Part shown: piece by piece, positions 1 to 8,799 of the stretch | Position numbering within the stretch: the stretch's first letter is position 1 | How the letters are laid out: each line of letters starts with the position of its first letter | NCBI GenBank assembly: GCA_965215505.1 | Contig: OZ244065.1 | Coordinates: 1,376,001 to 1,440,000, forward strand | Origin: Capsulimonadaceae bacterium | Lineage (GTDB): Bacteria; Armatimonadota; Armatimonadia; Armatimonadales; Capsulimonadaceae | Direction: 5' to 3' | DNA length: 64,000 nucleotides | Translations under genes and position numbers: made by a program | Notes under the pieces: model-generated | What the model was told of the DNA's origin: nothing | Seen by the model: the letters and a program-made list of their open reading frames with translations, nothing else | Databases searched by the model: none

Positions 1-681
1 TTCGAAGCGTATGGATGCGAGGACCCGCGTGTCGTGTATTTGGAGGACCGGCAGGAGTACGTCATCGCCTACACCGGCTATTCCAGCCTGGGCGCGGGCG
101 TCTGCCTCGCCACGACGACGGACTTCAAAGACGTCAACCGCTTCGGCCTGGTCCTCACCCCGAACAACAAGGACGCCGCCATGTTCCCGCGCCAGATCGG
201 CGGCAAGTACTGGATGCTGCACCGGCCCGCCTTGGGGGACATGGAACACATCTGGCTGGTGGAGAGCCAGGACCTGATCCACTGGGGCCGCCCCTGGATG
301 ATCATCAACGAGCGCGGCGGCCCGTGGTGGGACGGCGAGAAGGTGGGAGGCGGCCCGCCGCCCATCGAGACGCCGGACGGCTGGCTGGTCATCTTCCACG
401 GCGTCAAGGGCACGTCCCACGGCCCCATCTACCGCGTCGGCCTTGCCCTGCTGGACCTGGACGACCCGCGCAAGGTCATCCGCCGCATCCCCCGCTGGGT
501 GTTCGGCCCCAAGGAGTCCTATGAGGCGACGGGCTTCATCCCCGGCGTCGTCTTCCCGACGGGCACCATCGTCCGGGGCGACGACCTGCACCTCTACTAC
601 GGCGCGGCGGACACGCGGATCGGGCTGGCGACGGCCAAGATCCAGACACTGCTGGACGCGCTGAAAGAAGAAGGGAAGTGA
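1..681 (+). CDS. GH130-family glycosidase/mannoside phosphorylase (5' truncated by window edge)
   Basis: Frame 1 is open from base 1 (FEAYGCEDPRV). Motifs CEDPR, NKDAAMFP, MLHRP, KVGGGPPPIET, VVFPTG and YYGAADT are typical of GH130. Confidence 0.85.
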   Translation, partial: FEAYGCEDPRVVYLEDRQEYVIAYTGYSSLGAGVCLATTTDFKDVNRFGLVLTPNNKDAAMFPRQIGGKYWMLHRPALGDMEHIWLVESQDLIHWGRPWMIINERGGPWWDGEKVGGGPPPIETPDGWLVIFHGVKGTSHGPIYRVGLALLDLDDPRKVIRRIPRWVFGPKESYEATGFIPGVVFPTGTIVRGDDLHLYYGAADTRIGLATAKIQTLLDALKEEGK

Positions 682-1475
682 CCACGCAGGACGCCCACGC
701 CCCGGCGCAGCCGCTTCCACTCCAGGGCCGGGGCGCGCTGATCACCGGCGTAGGGCGGCGCAACTCCATCGGGTTCGCCACGGCCCTGCGGCTCGCGCAG
801 ATGGGGGCCAATGTGTGCATTCACGCCTGGCTGCCGGGGGACACGGTGCGTACCGCCCAGAGCGAGTCCATGGAGGAGATGCTGGACGAGATAGGCACCT
901 ACGGGGCACGGGTAGCCCACGTTTCCGCCGACTTCGGCGACGCCGACGCGCCAGCCTCGGTCGTCGCCGACGCCGAGCAGGCCATCGGGCCGCTGGACAT
1001 CCTGGTCGCCGCCCACACCCACTGCGAGCCTGCCGCCCTGGAAGCACTGTCGGCGGCGCTCCTGGACCGGCACCTGACGGTGAACGTGCGCGGGACCCTG
1101 CTGCTGATCCAGGCGTGGGCCGCTCGGCACGACGCCGCCCGGCCCGGCGGGCGGGTCGTCCTGTCCACGTCCGGCCAGCACCTCCACCCCATGCCGAACG
1201 AGCTGGCCTATGTCGCCTCCAAGGGCGCGCTGCACCAGCTCACGGCGAGTCTGGCCGCCCACCTCGCGCCGCGCCGCATCACGCTGAACACGATCGATCC
1301 AGGTCCGACCGATACGGGCTGGCCCACGCCGGAGGTCTACCGGGCCGTTCTAGGCGGCTCTCCCCAGGGCCGGTGGGGCCGGCCCGACGACGCCGCGCGC
1401 CTGATCGCCTGGCTCGCCACGGACGACTCGCAGTGGGTCTCGGGGCAGGTGATCAACTCGCGCGGCGGGCCGTGA
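678..1475 (+). CDS. SDR family oxidoreductase
   Basis: TGVGRRNSIG NAD-binding motif, YVASK catalytic motif, C-terminal WVSGQVI; GTGA overlap with the upstream stop. Confidence 0.88.
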   Translation: MTTQDAHAPAQPLPLQGRGALITGVGRRNSIGFATALRLAQMGANVCIHAWLPGDTVRTAQSESMEEMLDEIGTYGARVAHVSADFGDADAPASVVADAEQAIGPLDILVAAHTHCEPAALEALSAALLDRHLTVNVRGTLLLIQAWAARHDAARPGGRVVLSTSGQHLHPMPNELAYVASKGALHQLTASLAAHLAPRRITLNTIDPGPTDTGWPTPEVYRAVLGGSPQGRWGRPDDAARLIAWLATDDSQWVSGQVINSRGGP

Positions 1476-1534
1476 GGGCAGGAAGGATTCCCCGTTCCGA
1501 ATGGCGTAAAGGCTGCACAAAGGAGACCACCGCC

Positions 1535-2464
1535 ATGTCGTTCCCGAAAACGCTCCGGCCCGCCCTCAGCCTCGCCCTGTCCCTGCTCTGGCCCGCAGCC
1601 GCTTTCGCCCAGGCACCAGCCGATCAGCCGCAGGTGCAAATAAAGGTAGACTTCGTCACCGTCGGCTCCGCCGGCCTGAGCGCGGACTTGACCAAATCAG
1701 GCATGAACTTTGACCGTGTGCCGCTCGTCACGCCTGGCGGCACCTTCACACGACCCTTAACATTTCTGCGGTACATGGCCGGTGATGCCGCCACCCGCCT
1801 CTTCCAGATGCTCGAACGCGCGCACAGCAAGTCCGTCCAAGCGCCCCCGGTCACTACGGCTGACGGCACCCCGACCACGATTCAGCTCCAAACGCAGGCC
1901 GCCGGCCCGGAAAAGAAGTCCCTGACACTCCAGACGCGCCTGACCGTCACGCCGCGCATCAACACCGACGACTCGATCACTCTGTTCGTCGGACTTCAGG
2001 CCGCTGACGCCGACGCGCCGCCGGCGGGGCTGCAAGAGACGACCCTGCGGACGGTCCGCAGCGGCGACATGATGGTGGTGGACGGCCTCCCCATGGGCAG
2101 CGATAGGACCGGGGCCGCGGAAAAGCTCCTGGTCTTTATTCAGCCGACTCTCGTCGGCGCGGGGACGCACACGAGCCGCCCCGCCGCGCCGCTGTTTCCC
2201 CCGCAGGACACGTCTCTGATGCTCGAAACGTCCATCTCCGTGGACGTCTTCAACGCTGACTTACGCACCATCGTCGCCATGCTGGAGCGGCAGTCCCGCC
2301 TGAAGGCATCCGTGCAGGGCGGCACATACAAGCCCGTCTACGTCCACCTCCACGGCGCTCCCCTCGCCGAAGCCCTGGGGGCCGTCGCGCGGAGCGCGGG
2401 CGCGCAGATCATCCGGGACGAGAGCGGCGTTTACGTCTTCTCGCCCCTCCCGCTGACGCGCTAA
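1535..2464 (+). CDS. Secreted miniature secretin-like protein with C-terminal STN/N0-like domain (309 aa)
   Basis: SD GGAG before ATG 1535; signal peptide ending AFA-Q. Secretin-core-like segments QVQIKVDFV, APPVTTADG, LTVTPRIN, VRSGDMMVVDGL and LLVFIQPTLV are followed by STN-like ISVDVFNADLRTIVAML..PLAEALGAVA..GVYVF. Confidence 0.6.
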   Translation: MSFPKTLRPALSLALSLLWPAAAFAQAPADQPQVQIKVDFVTVGSAGLSADLTKSGMNFDRVPLVTPGGTFTRPLTFLRYMAGDAATRLFQMLERAHSKSVQAPPVTTADGTPTTIQLQTQAAGPEKKSLTLQTRLTVTPRINTDDSITLFVGLQAADADAPPAGLQETTLRTVRSGDMMVVDGLPMGSDRTGAAEKLLVFIQPTLVGAGTHTSRPAAPLFPPQDTSLMLETSISVDVFNADLRTIVAMLERQSRLKASVQGGTYKPVYVHLHGAPLAEALGAVARSAGAQIIRDESGVYVFSPLPLTR

Positions 2465-2477
2465 AGGAGAACACGCC

Positions 2478-3326
2478 ATGACCCGCCTGACCCCGCTGCG
2501 GTTCGCCGCGCTCCTCATCCTGCTCGCACCGGTCTCCGCATCGGCCCAGACCGCCGCCCCGCCCCCGGCGGCATCGGCGGCGGGATACCACTGGCGCACG
2601 CTTGCCTTGAGGCACGCCGTACCCAGCGACATACTGGCCTTGATACACTGGGACGGGCCGGCACCAAGCCCGCCGGCCCTGCCCGACGGCGTCCGCCGCG
2701 TCTTCGCGCTCCGAAGCACCAACTCGCTGCTCGTGGAGGCGACCGACGAAGGTTTCGCCACGGTCGCGAGTCTCGTCAACCTGCTGGACCGCGCGCCCCG
2801 GCAGGTGAAGTTCCACATGGCGCTCGTGGCCGTGCCCGCCGCGCGCGGCGATCTTTACAGGCCGGACATGTCGGCGTCTGAACTCCTGTCTCTGCTGCTG
2901 GCCGGGGAGTCGTCTGTGATCTCCGTACCCACAGAGACCGTCACGGAGGGTACGACGGCCGCAGTCTCCGTCGGGGTGCCTGTGATTGCGCCGGTCGGCC
3001 GGTTCCGGCTGGCCCAGGCGGGGTCGATGGGGGATGGATACGGCCCGTCGGCGCGCTGCGAGTTCCGTCTGACGCCCCTGATCAACGCGGACGGCACGGT
3101 CACACTGAGCCTGATGGCTGCGTCCATGGAGGCCGCGCCGCCGCGCACTCTGCGGGCGGGGGAACTGGCGGCCTATGATGTGACGGGGGCGACGCAGGTG
3201 AACAGCGAGCGGATAGATGGCAGGCGGCTGTTCCTCTTCCTTTCGCCCACGATCATCGCCGACACCGAAGATGCCCGCGACGCCGGCCAGCCGGTGAACG
3301 GGCAGTCCGTCCCCGTGACCCCGTAG
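2478..3326 (+). CDS. Secreted miniature secretin-like protein (N3-like domain plus shortened secretin core)
   Basis: SD AAGGAG; signal peptide ASA-Q. Secretin_N-like LRHAVPSDI..TNSLLVEAT..LLDRAPRQV, then LTPLINADGTV and RLFLFLSPTII. Confidence 0.62.
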   Translation: MTRLTPLRFAALLILLAPVSASAQTAAPPPAASAAGYHWRTLALRHAVPSDILALIHWDGPAPSPPALPDGVRRVFALRSTNSLLVEATDEGFATVASLVNLLDRAPRQVKFHMALVAVPAARGDLYRPDMSASELLSLLLAGESSVISVPTETVTEGTTAAVSVGVPVIAPVGRFRLAQAGSMGDGYGPSARCEFRLTPLINADGTVTLSLMAASMEAAPPRTLRAGELAAYDVTGATQVNSERIDGRRLFLFLSPTIIADTEDARDAGQPVNGQSVPVTP

Positions 3327-3328
3327 CG

Positions 3329-4174
3329 TCAGGCGACGGCGGGCAGATGCAGGCGCGCGTGGAGGCCGAAGGCCAGGACGGCGAGCAAGGCGGCCAGCCC
3401 GACGTAGGCCGTGCCGTACTTCCAGCGGTCGGCGGTGGTGGCGGGCGGGTAGCCGCCGTCTTCCACCGGTGCACGACGCGCGAACAGGGGCAGCAGGCGC
3501 CCGCCGTCGAGCGGCGGGACGGGGAGGAGGTTGAACAGGTTGATCATGAACGACCACTGCGCCAGGGCGAGCCAGAACGGCGAGGGCGAGGCGGCATAGA
3601 CCAGCAGGCAGGCGAGGCCCGCGCCCAGCCCGAAGGCCGGCCCCATGATGCCGATGAAGGCACCTTCGGCGGCGTCCTTCCCGCCGCGCTTCATGGTCAC
3701 GAACGCGCCCATGAACGGGACGAAGACCATGGCCCCGACGGGGATGCCGCGCAGGCGGGCGGCGACGGCGTGGCCGCACTCGTGGACGAAGATCAGCAGG
3801 ACGATGCCGACGCCGAAGGGCCAGCCGTAGAGCAGCCCCCAGGCCCACATGGAGACCAGCATGGAGCCGGCCCCCAGCAGGAATTTCAGCTTCGCCAGCA
3901 GGCCGAGGAGTGGCAGGCCGACCTTGGCGAGCAGGAGCAGGGCGGACGCGATGCCGCCCAGGACGCCGCCGCCGGACCTCCATCGCTCCAGCAGCGGGGC
4001 GTTGGGGGCGGGGGGCGGCCCGGCGTAGTAAGGGCTAGTCGGGGTGGTCGGCGGCGCGTCGGTCGGCGCGGGTCCGGGCTGCGGCCCGTCCGCCGTGCGG
4101 CCCGCCAGCAGGCGGTGCTGGGCATCTTGTTCGGTTTCGGTCGTGTCGGCGTTGTTTATGGTCGTGGGCCTCAT
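3329..4174 (-). CDS. Site-2 protease family (M50) membrane metalloprotease
   Basis: HECGH zinc motif, FNLLPVPPLDGG motif, multiple TM segments; start chosen at the ATGA overlap with the upstream stop. Confidence 0.88.
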   Translation of the reverse strand: MRPTTINNADTTETEQDAQHRLLAGRTADGPQPGPAPTDAPPTTPTSPYYAGPPPAPNAPLLERWRSGGGVLGGIASALLLLAKVGLPLLGLLAKLKFLLGAGSMLVSMWAWGLLYGWPFGVGIVLLIFVHECGHAVAARLRGIPVGAMVFVPFMGAFVTMKRGGKDAAEGAFIGIMGPAFGLGAGLACLLVYAASPSPFWLALAQWSFMINLFNLLPVPPLDGGRLLPLFARRAPVEDGGYPPATTADRWKYGTAYVGLAALLAVLAFGLHARLHLPAVA

Positions 4175-6084
4175 ACACTGAGTATACGGCGGTGGAAGAC
4201 AAACCATTCCAGCAGCAGCAGGGCGAGCGCGACGGCGGCCAGGGCGGGCCAGAGGTCGTTCTTGGCGCGGCGGGCGCGCGGCTGTGGCGTGACGGCGGCG
4301 GAGACGCCGGGGTGGTTCAAGGCGGGCGGATTCTGCATCGTCAGCGCGCTCTCGTCGCGGCTATCGAGATTGACGGCGAAGGGGTAATCCGCGCCGTTCG
4401 CCGCTTTGGCGTGGTAGACGCCGGCCTGGCGCGTGTCGTCTATCAGCACCATGCCGCCGGCGGCGGGCGCGGCGACGGCCGTCTTGCTGCCGTCGGGACG
4501 CTGGATGGTGACATTTGCCGCGCCGGGGGGCAGGGTGAGCGAGGCGACGCCGCCGGTCGGCGTCTCCTCCTGGCTCGCGCCCAGGCCGCCCGCCGCCGTC
4601 AGCCAGCGGACGGAGTTGGTCAGGAAGATCGGGAAGGAAACGCGCAGGGGCCAGTCCGAGTCGCCCAGGTCGAAGGCGACCGAGACGGCGCGCAGGCCGT
4701 TATGTTCCCCGGCGGCGATGATCGGCCCCGAGTCGGCCTCGGCCAGGGCCTGGCCCCAGGGCTGGGTCTGGGTCCGCAAGGCTTTCTGGAGGTGGAGACC
4801 TTCCAGGTCGGCGAAGCGCATGACGGGGTGGGTGCGGCTCTCGTCAATGAAGGCCGGGTTGTCCGCGCTCGCCGTCCCCACGAGCGGCATCTGGCCGTTC
4901 AGGGCATTGAAGACGAGGTAGTTGCCGGGCGGCAGGGGCGCGGCGGGCAGGGCACCGTCGAAGACGACCATGCTGTAGCCCGCGCCGCCTTTGCCCAGGG
5001 TCGTGAACTCGTCGGGCAGGCATTCCTCCAGAACGACATCCGGGTCCAGGTTCAGGCCACTTTCTAGGAATGGGTTGCCGGGCGTGACCAGCAGGACCTT
5101 CCGGGGGCGCGGCGGGGTCAGGACGAGCGAGGCCTGGTTGTCCACGGCGAGGTCGTCCCGGACGTCGTCGAGCCGGGCGGTCACCACGCCGCCGCCTTGG
5201 AGCAGGGGGCTGTCGAAGGTCTCGGTCTGCATGCCGTTCGTCATGCTCAGGGCGCGGGCGTCCACCAGCTTGCCGTCTTTGAGCAGCGTCAGCGTGCCGC
5301 CCCCCTGGTGCGGGCGGCCCCCACCGTCCTGCACCTGGACGAAGACCTGGTAGTTCCCCGTCTGCGGGCTGCGCCGGCCGTCCAGCCGCGTGATGGCGAG
5401 GTTGTCCGGCGTAGCGGTGCCCACGGCCGTCAGCCTGACGTCCGTCCCGCCGAGCGGCAGGGCGGCCAGCTTGCGGTTGTCGTCGGGGGAGAACGCGCCG
5501 TCGGAGAAGACCCGCACCTGCGCGCCGCGCCGCGCCCCGACGAGCGACTGCGCGAGTGTCAGGGCGGCGGCCATGTCCACGGGCGTGTCCGTCCCGGTCG
5601 CCCCGTCAATCGCCGCCTTCAGCCGGCCCTTGTCCCCGGTGAAGCCGGAGAAGGCGGAGCCGGGCTTGCTGGAGGCGGTCAGGACGGTCGCCACGTCCCC
5701 CACCCTGACCTCCCGGTCCACGAAAGCATCGGCGGCGTCTTTGGCCGCCTGGAGCCGGTTGGGCCTGACGTCGCTGGCGTTCATCGAGGCGGACGTGTCC
5801 AGGATGATGACGTCGGTGTGCCCGGTCACCGCCTCACCGTAGATGTAGGGCCGGGCGAGGGCGAAGATGAGCAGGAAAGCGGCCAGCAGTTGCAGAAACA
5901 GGAGCAGGTTGCGCCGCAGCCTTTGGAACGGCGCGTTCGCCTGGGTCTCCTGGAGCATGGTGTTCCACAGGTACAGCGACGAGACGGTCACGTCCTGCCG
6001 CTTCAAGCGCAGCATCCACAGAGCGACGATGCCGCCGAGCAGCGGGAGCGCCCAGAGCAGGTTCAGAGGGTTCAGCAGGTTCAT
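4171..6084 (-). CDS. BatA N-terminal / von Willebrand factor A domain membrane protein
   Basis: N-terminal NPLNLLWALP..LARP double-TM (BatA-like), MIDAS DTSASM, FSDG, C-terminal TM LLLEW. Confidence 0.85.
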   Translation of the reverse strand: MNLLNPLNLLWALPLLGGIVALWMLRLKRQDVTVSSLYLWNTMLQETQANAPFQRLRRNLLLFLQLLAAFLLIFALARPYIYGEAVTGHTDVIILDTSASMNASDVRPNRLQAAKDAADAFVDREVRVGDVATVLTASSKPGSAFSGFTGDKGRLKAAIDGATGTDTPVDMAAALTLAQSLVGARRGAQVRVFSDGAFSPDDNRKLAALPLGGTDVRLTAVGTATPDNLAITRLDGRRSPQTGNYQVFVQVQDGGGRPHQGGGTLTLLKDGKLVDARALSMTNGMQTETFDSPLLQGGGVVTARLDDVRDDLAVDNQASLVLTPPRPRKVLLVTPGNPFLESGLNLDPDVVLEECLPDEFTTLGKGGAGYSMVVFDGALPAAPLPPGNYLVFNALNGQMPLVGTASADNPAFIDESRTHPVMRFADLEGLHLQKALRTQTQPWGQALAEADSGPIIAAGEHNGLRAVSVAFDLGDSDWPLRVSFPIFLTNSVRWLTAAGGLGASQEETPTGGVASLTLPPGAANVTIQRPDGSKTAVAAPAAGGMVLIDDTRQAGVYHAKAANGADYPFAVNLDSRDESALTMQNPPALNHPGVSAAVTPQPRARRAKNDLWPALAAVALALLLLEWFVFHRRILSV

Positions 6085-6108
6085 GTCTCTCCGAGCATCC
6101 AGTACTTC

Positions 6109-6213
6109 CGAGCGGTTGAAAACCGCTCGCTAGGACAGGCACCCTCCGGGTGTAGGAGCGGTTTCCTGTCGTCCGCAGGACGCCTCCCCTAGCGAGCGGT
6201 TTTCAACCGCTCG
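6109..6213. repeat. REP-doublet-like palindromic element (26-bp perfect terminal inverted repeats, two internal hairpins)
   Basis: CGAGCGGTTGAAAACCGCTCGCTAGG (6109-6134) and its exact reverse complement (6188-6213); internal hairpins CACCCTCCGGGTG and CGTCCGCAGGACG. Confidence 0.85.
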
Positions 6214-6258
6214 ATTCGGACTCGATTCGGGCGGCCCGCATACTACCACAATAATACC

Positions 6259-6885
6259 ATGAACATCACCGTCTTACAGCACCCCCTGGCGCAGCATTAT
6301 CTGACGCACCTGCGGGACCGGACCACCAAGCCCTCCCTGTTCCGCCTGCTCACCAAGCGGCTCACGGTCCTGCTGGCGATCGAGGCGACCCAAAGCCTGC
6401 GCCTGCGGGCGCGCGCCATAGAGACACCGATGGAGGGCATGGACAGTCCCGTCCTGGAAGAGTCGCTCGTCGCCGTGCCCATTTTGCGGGCGGGGCTGGG
6501 GATGCTGGACCCGCTCGTCGAGTTCTTCCCGGACGTCGCGGTCGGCTACATCGGCCTGGAGCGTGACCATGCGACCGCCGTGGCCTCGTCCTACTATGCC
6601 AAGCTGCCGCCGCGCATGGACGGGCGGACGACCCTCATCCTCGACCCGATGCTGGCGACCGGCGGCTCGGCGGCCCAGGCCATCGCGACGGTCAAAGCGG
6701 CGGGCGCGGGGCCGGTGTCCATGCTCTGCCTCATCGCCGCGCCCGAGGGCGTCGAACACCTGAACGCCGCCCACCCGGACGTGCCGATCTTTACGGCGGG
6801 GCTGGACCGGGGGCTGAACGGCCTGAAATACATCCTGCCGGGGTTGGGGGATTTCGGGGACCGGCTGTATGGGACGGAGGGATGA
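6259..6885 (+). CDS. upp: Uracil phosphoribosyltransferase
   Basis: VPILRAGLGM, ILDPMLATGGS, YILPGLGDFGDRLYGT. Confidence 0.96.
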   Translation: MNITVLQHPLAQHYLTHLRDRTTKPSLFRLLTKRLTVLLAIEATQSLRLRARAIETPMEGMDSPVLEESLVAVPILRAGLGMLDPLVEFFPDVAVGYIGLERDHATAVASSYYAKLPPRMDGRTTLILDPMLATGGSAAQAIATVKAAGAGPVSMLCLIAAPEGVEHLNAAHPDVPIFTAGLDRGLNGLKYILPGLGDFGDRLYGTEG

Positions 6886-6889
6886 ATCC

Positions 6890-7001
6890 GCCGGGGCTGT
6901 GGAAAGCCCCGGCAGGAAACGTCCTTCGGACTGGGAACTTCTGGCCTGCTCCCTCTTCGCCCGAAGGGCGGCTCACTGCCGGGGCTTTCCACAGCCCCGG
7001 C
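6890..7001. repeat. REP-doublet-like palindromic element (26-bp perfect terminal inverted repeats, two internal hairpins)
   Basis: GCCGGGGCTGTGGAAAGCCCCGGCAG (6890-6915) and its exact reverse complement (6976-7001); internal hairpins GTCCTTCGGAC and CGCCCGAAGGGCG; lies between convergent genes. Confidence 0.85.
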
Positions 7002-7004
7002 TTC

Positions 7005-8300
7005 CTATGGATAAATCCCCCGCGTCAGCGTCGCTTCGGCCACCCGCGCGACCCCAACGATGTAGGCCGCCGTCCGCAGGTCTACTCGGTGCTTCTCCCC
7101 CGCCGCCCAGACCTCGGCGAAGGCACGCCTCAGGATTCGGCCCAGCCTTTCGTTCACCTCGTCCTCGCTCCAAAAGAACGATTGGATGTCCTGCACCCAC
7201 TCGAAATACGAGACCGTAACGCCGCCCGCGTTGGCGAGTACATCGGGGATCAGCAGGATACCACGGTCGTGCAGGATGGCGTCGCCGCCCGGCGTCGTCG
7301 GGCCGTTCGCGCCCTCCACCACCATCTTCGCGCGGACGCGGGCGGCGTTCTCGCCGGTGATCTGCCCCTGCAAGGCGGCAGGAACGAGGACGTCGCAGGT
7401 CGTCTCCAGGATGTCGGCGTTGGTGATCGGCTCGGCGTCAGGGAACCCGGCGACGGACCCGGTGCGGGCGACATGGGCGACGAGTGTGGGGACGTTCAGC
7501 CCACGCGGGTTGGCGACGCCGCCCCCGACGTCGGACACGGCGACGACGTTCGCCCCGCGCCGCGCGAACAGGCGGGCGGCGGCCCCGCCGACGTTGCCGA
7601 AGCCCTGGATGGCGACCGAAGCGCCGTTGAGGGCGCGGCCCTGCTTCTGGAAGGCCTCTTCCGTCACCAGGACCACGCCCAGGCCGGTGGCGTCCAATCG
7701 GCCCTCGGAGCCGCCGATGGAGACGGGCTTGCCGGTGACGACGGCGGGGACGGTGTGGCCGACGTGCATGGAATAGGTGTCCATCAGCCAGGCCATGATC
7801 TGCCCGTTCGTGCCGACGTCCGGGGCGGGGATGTCGCTGTTCGGGCCGATGATCAGGCTGATCTCGGTGGTGTAGCGCCGGGTCAGGTCTTCAAGTTCGG
7901 CCCGCGTCAGTGCCTTCGGGTCGCAGACGACGCCGCCCTTGGCCCCGCCGAAGGGGATGTTGACGACGGCGCACTTCCAGGTCATCCACATCGCCAGGGC
8001 GCGCACCTCGTCAATGTCCGTCTCCGGGTGGAAGCGCAGGCCGCCCTTGCACGGCCCCCGGCTCGTGTTGTGCTGGACGCGGTAGCCCGTGAACATCTGC
8101 GTCCCGCCGCGCTCCATGTTGACCGGGAAGTGGACGGTCAGCTCGCGCTTGGGCTTCTGCAAGATGCCGTGGAGGCCGTCATCCAGGCCGAGGATGCCCG
8201 CCACGCGGGCGAGCTGGCTCAGGGCGATCTTGTAGGGGTTCATCTCTTCCCCCGTCGTCAGTGACGGGGGATTCATCGGTTCCTTGCTCGGTTCATTCAT
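7005..8300 (-). CDS. gdhA: Glu/Leu/Phe/Val dehydrogenase (glutamate dehydrogenase)
   Basis: GYRVQHN..RGPCKGGLRF, MTWKCA, GGAKGG, DIPAPDV, QGFGNVG, EGANGPTT, ANAGGVTVSYFEW. Confidence 0.92.
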   Translation of the reverse strand: MNEPSKEPMNPPSLTTGEEMNPYKIALSQLARVAGILGLDDGLHGILQKPKRELTVHFPVNMERGGTQMFTGYRVQHNTSRGPCKGGLRFHPETDIDEVRALAMWMTWKCAVVNIPFGGAKGGVVCDPKALTRAELEDLTRRYTTEISLIIGPNSDIPAPDVGTNGQIMAWLMDTYSMHVGHTVPAVVTGKPVSIGGSEGRLDATGLGVVLVTEEAFQKQGRALNGASVAIQGFGNVGGAAARLFARRGANVVAVSDVGGGVANPRGLNVPTLVAHVARTGSVAGFPDAEPITNADILETTCDVLVPAALQGQITGENAARVRAKMVVEGANGPTTPGGDAILHDRGILLIPDVLANAGGVTVSYFEWVQDIQSFFWSEDEVNERLGRILRRAFAEVWAAGEKHRVDLRTAAYIVGVARVAEATLTRGIYP

Positions 8301-8363
8301 CAGTCGCGCTCCTTTGCGGTCGTGGTTTGATTAAGGATACCAGGCATGGACGGAAAAAGTGCC
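8207..8363 (-). repeat. Direct repeat copy 1: gdh promoter and first ~31 codons
   Basis: About 90% identical by eye to 10064-10219, same orientation. Confidence 0.92.
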
Positions 8364-8799
8364 AGGGCTTCATTGCGAGTATCCTCACGCCTTTCTTGAC
8401 AAGCCGTACCCGGTGTGTTCTGTTGGGCGCGGAAGTTGGCAATGACCGGCTCAGGAAGTTTCACTTCGCATCAGTTTTAATGCACCTCGTGTCCGCGATG
8501 TTCGACCGATCTACTCTAAGAAAAGCTTCCTTTCAGTTCTAAGGTGTTTAACGGGCTGTAGCACAACCGGCGAGGATATCGCGAGAATAGGGCGATGTTT
8601 CCGGTATGATCAGGAAACGGAACATCTCCGCCCGGCACCTCCGCCCAGCGTTATCACAGAAGCGCAGCTCATGGCGACCGGCTTCTCCTGCTTCCTCAAA
8701 GGCACAGCGCAAAGCCACCATCCAATGCCGGACGCCTCCGATGCCCTGGGCGCGGGCCGGAAGTAAGGGCGTCGGCGCTTCTCCATGAAAGGCCACCCG

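Noticed and set aside
815-1534. N-terminal extension of the 815..2464 ORF
   Set aside because: It overlaps the SDR gene out of frame; the SD and signal peptide support ATG 1535.
2409-3983. 524-aa minus-strand ORF and many similar long R/G/P-rich ORFs across the window
   Set aside because: Shadow frames of real genes in high-GC DNA, with no recognisable motifs.
6109-7001. Composite transposon carrying upp
   Set aside because: The two flanking elements differ in sequence, and there is no transposase or target-site duplication around the whole unit.
6882-8264. 460-aa ORF antisense to gdh
   Set aside because: An antisense open frame expected from codon bias; its N-terminus is just the translated palindromic element.
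8364-8799. SAM or cobalamin riboswitch upstream of the MetE-like gene
   Set aside because: Conserved core motifs could not be identified by eye.
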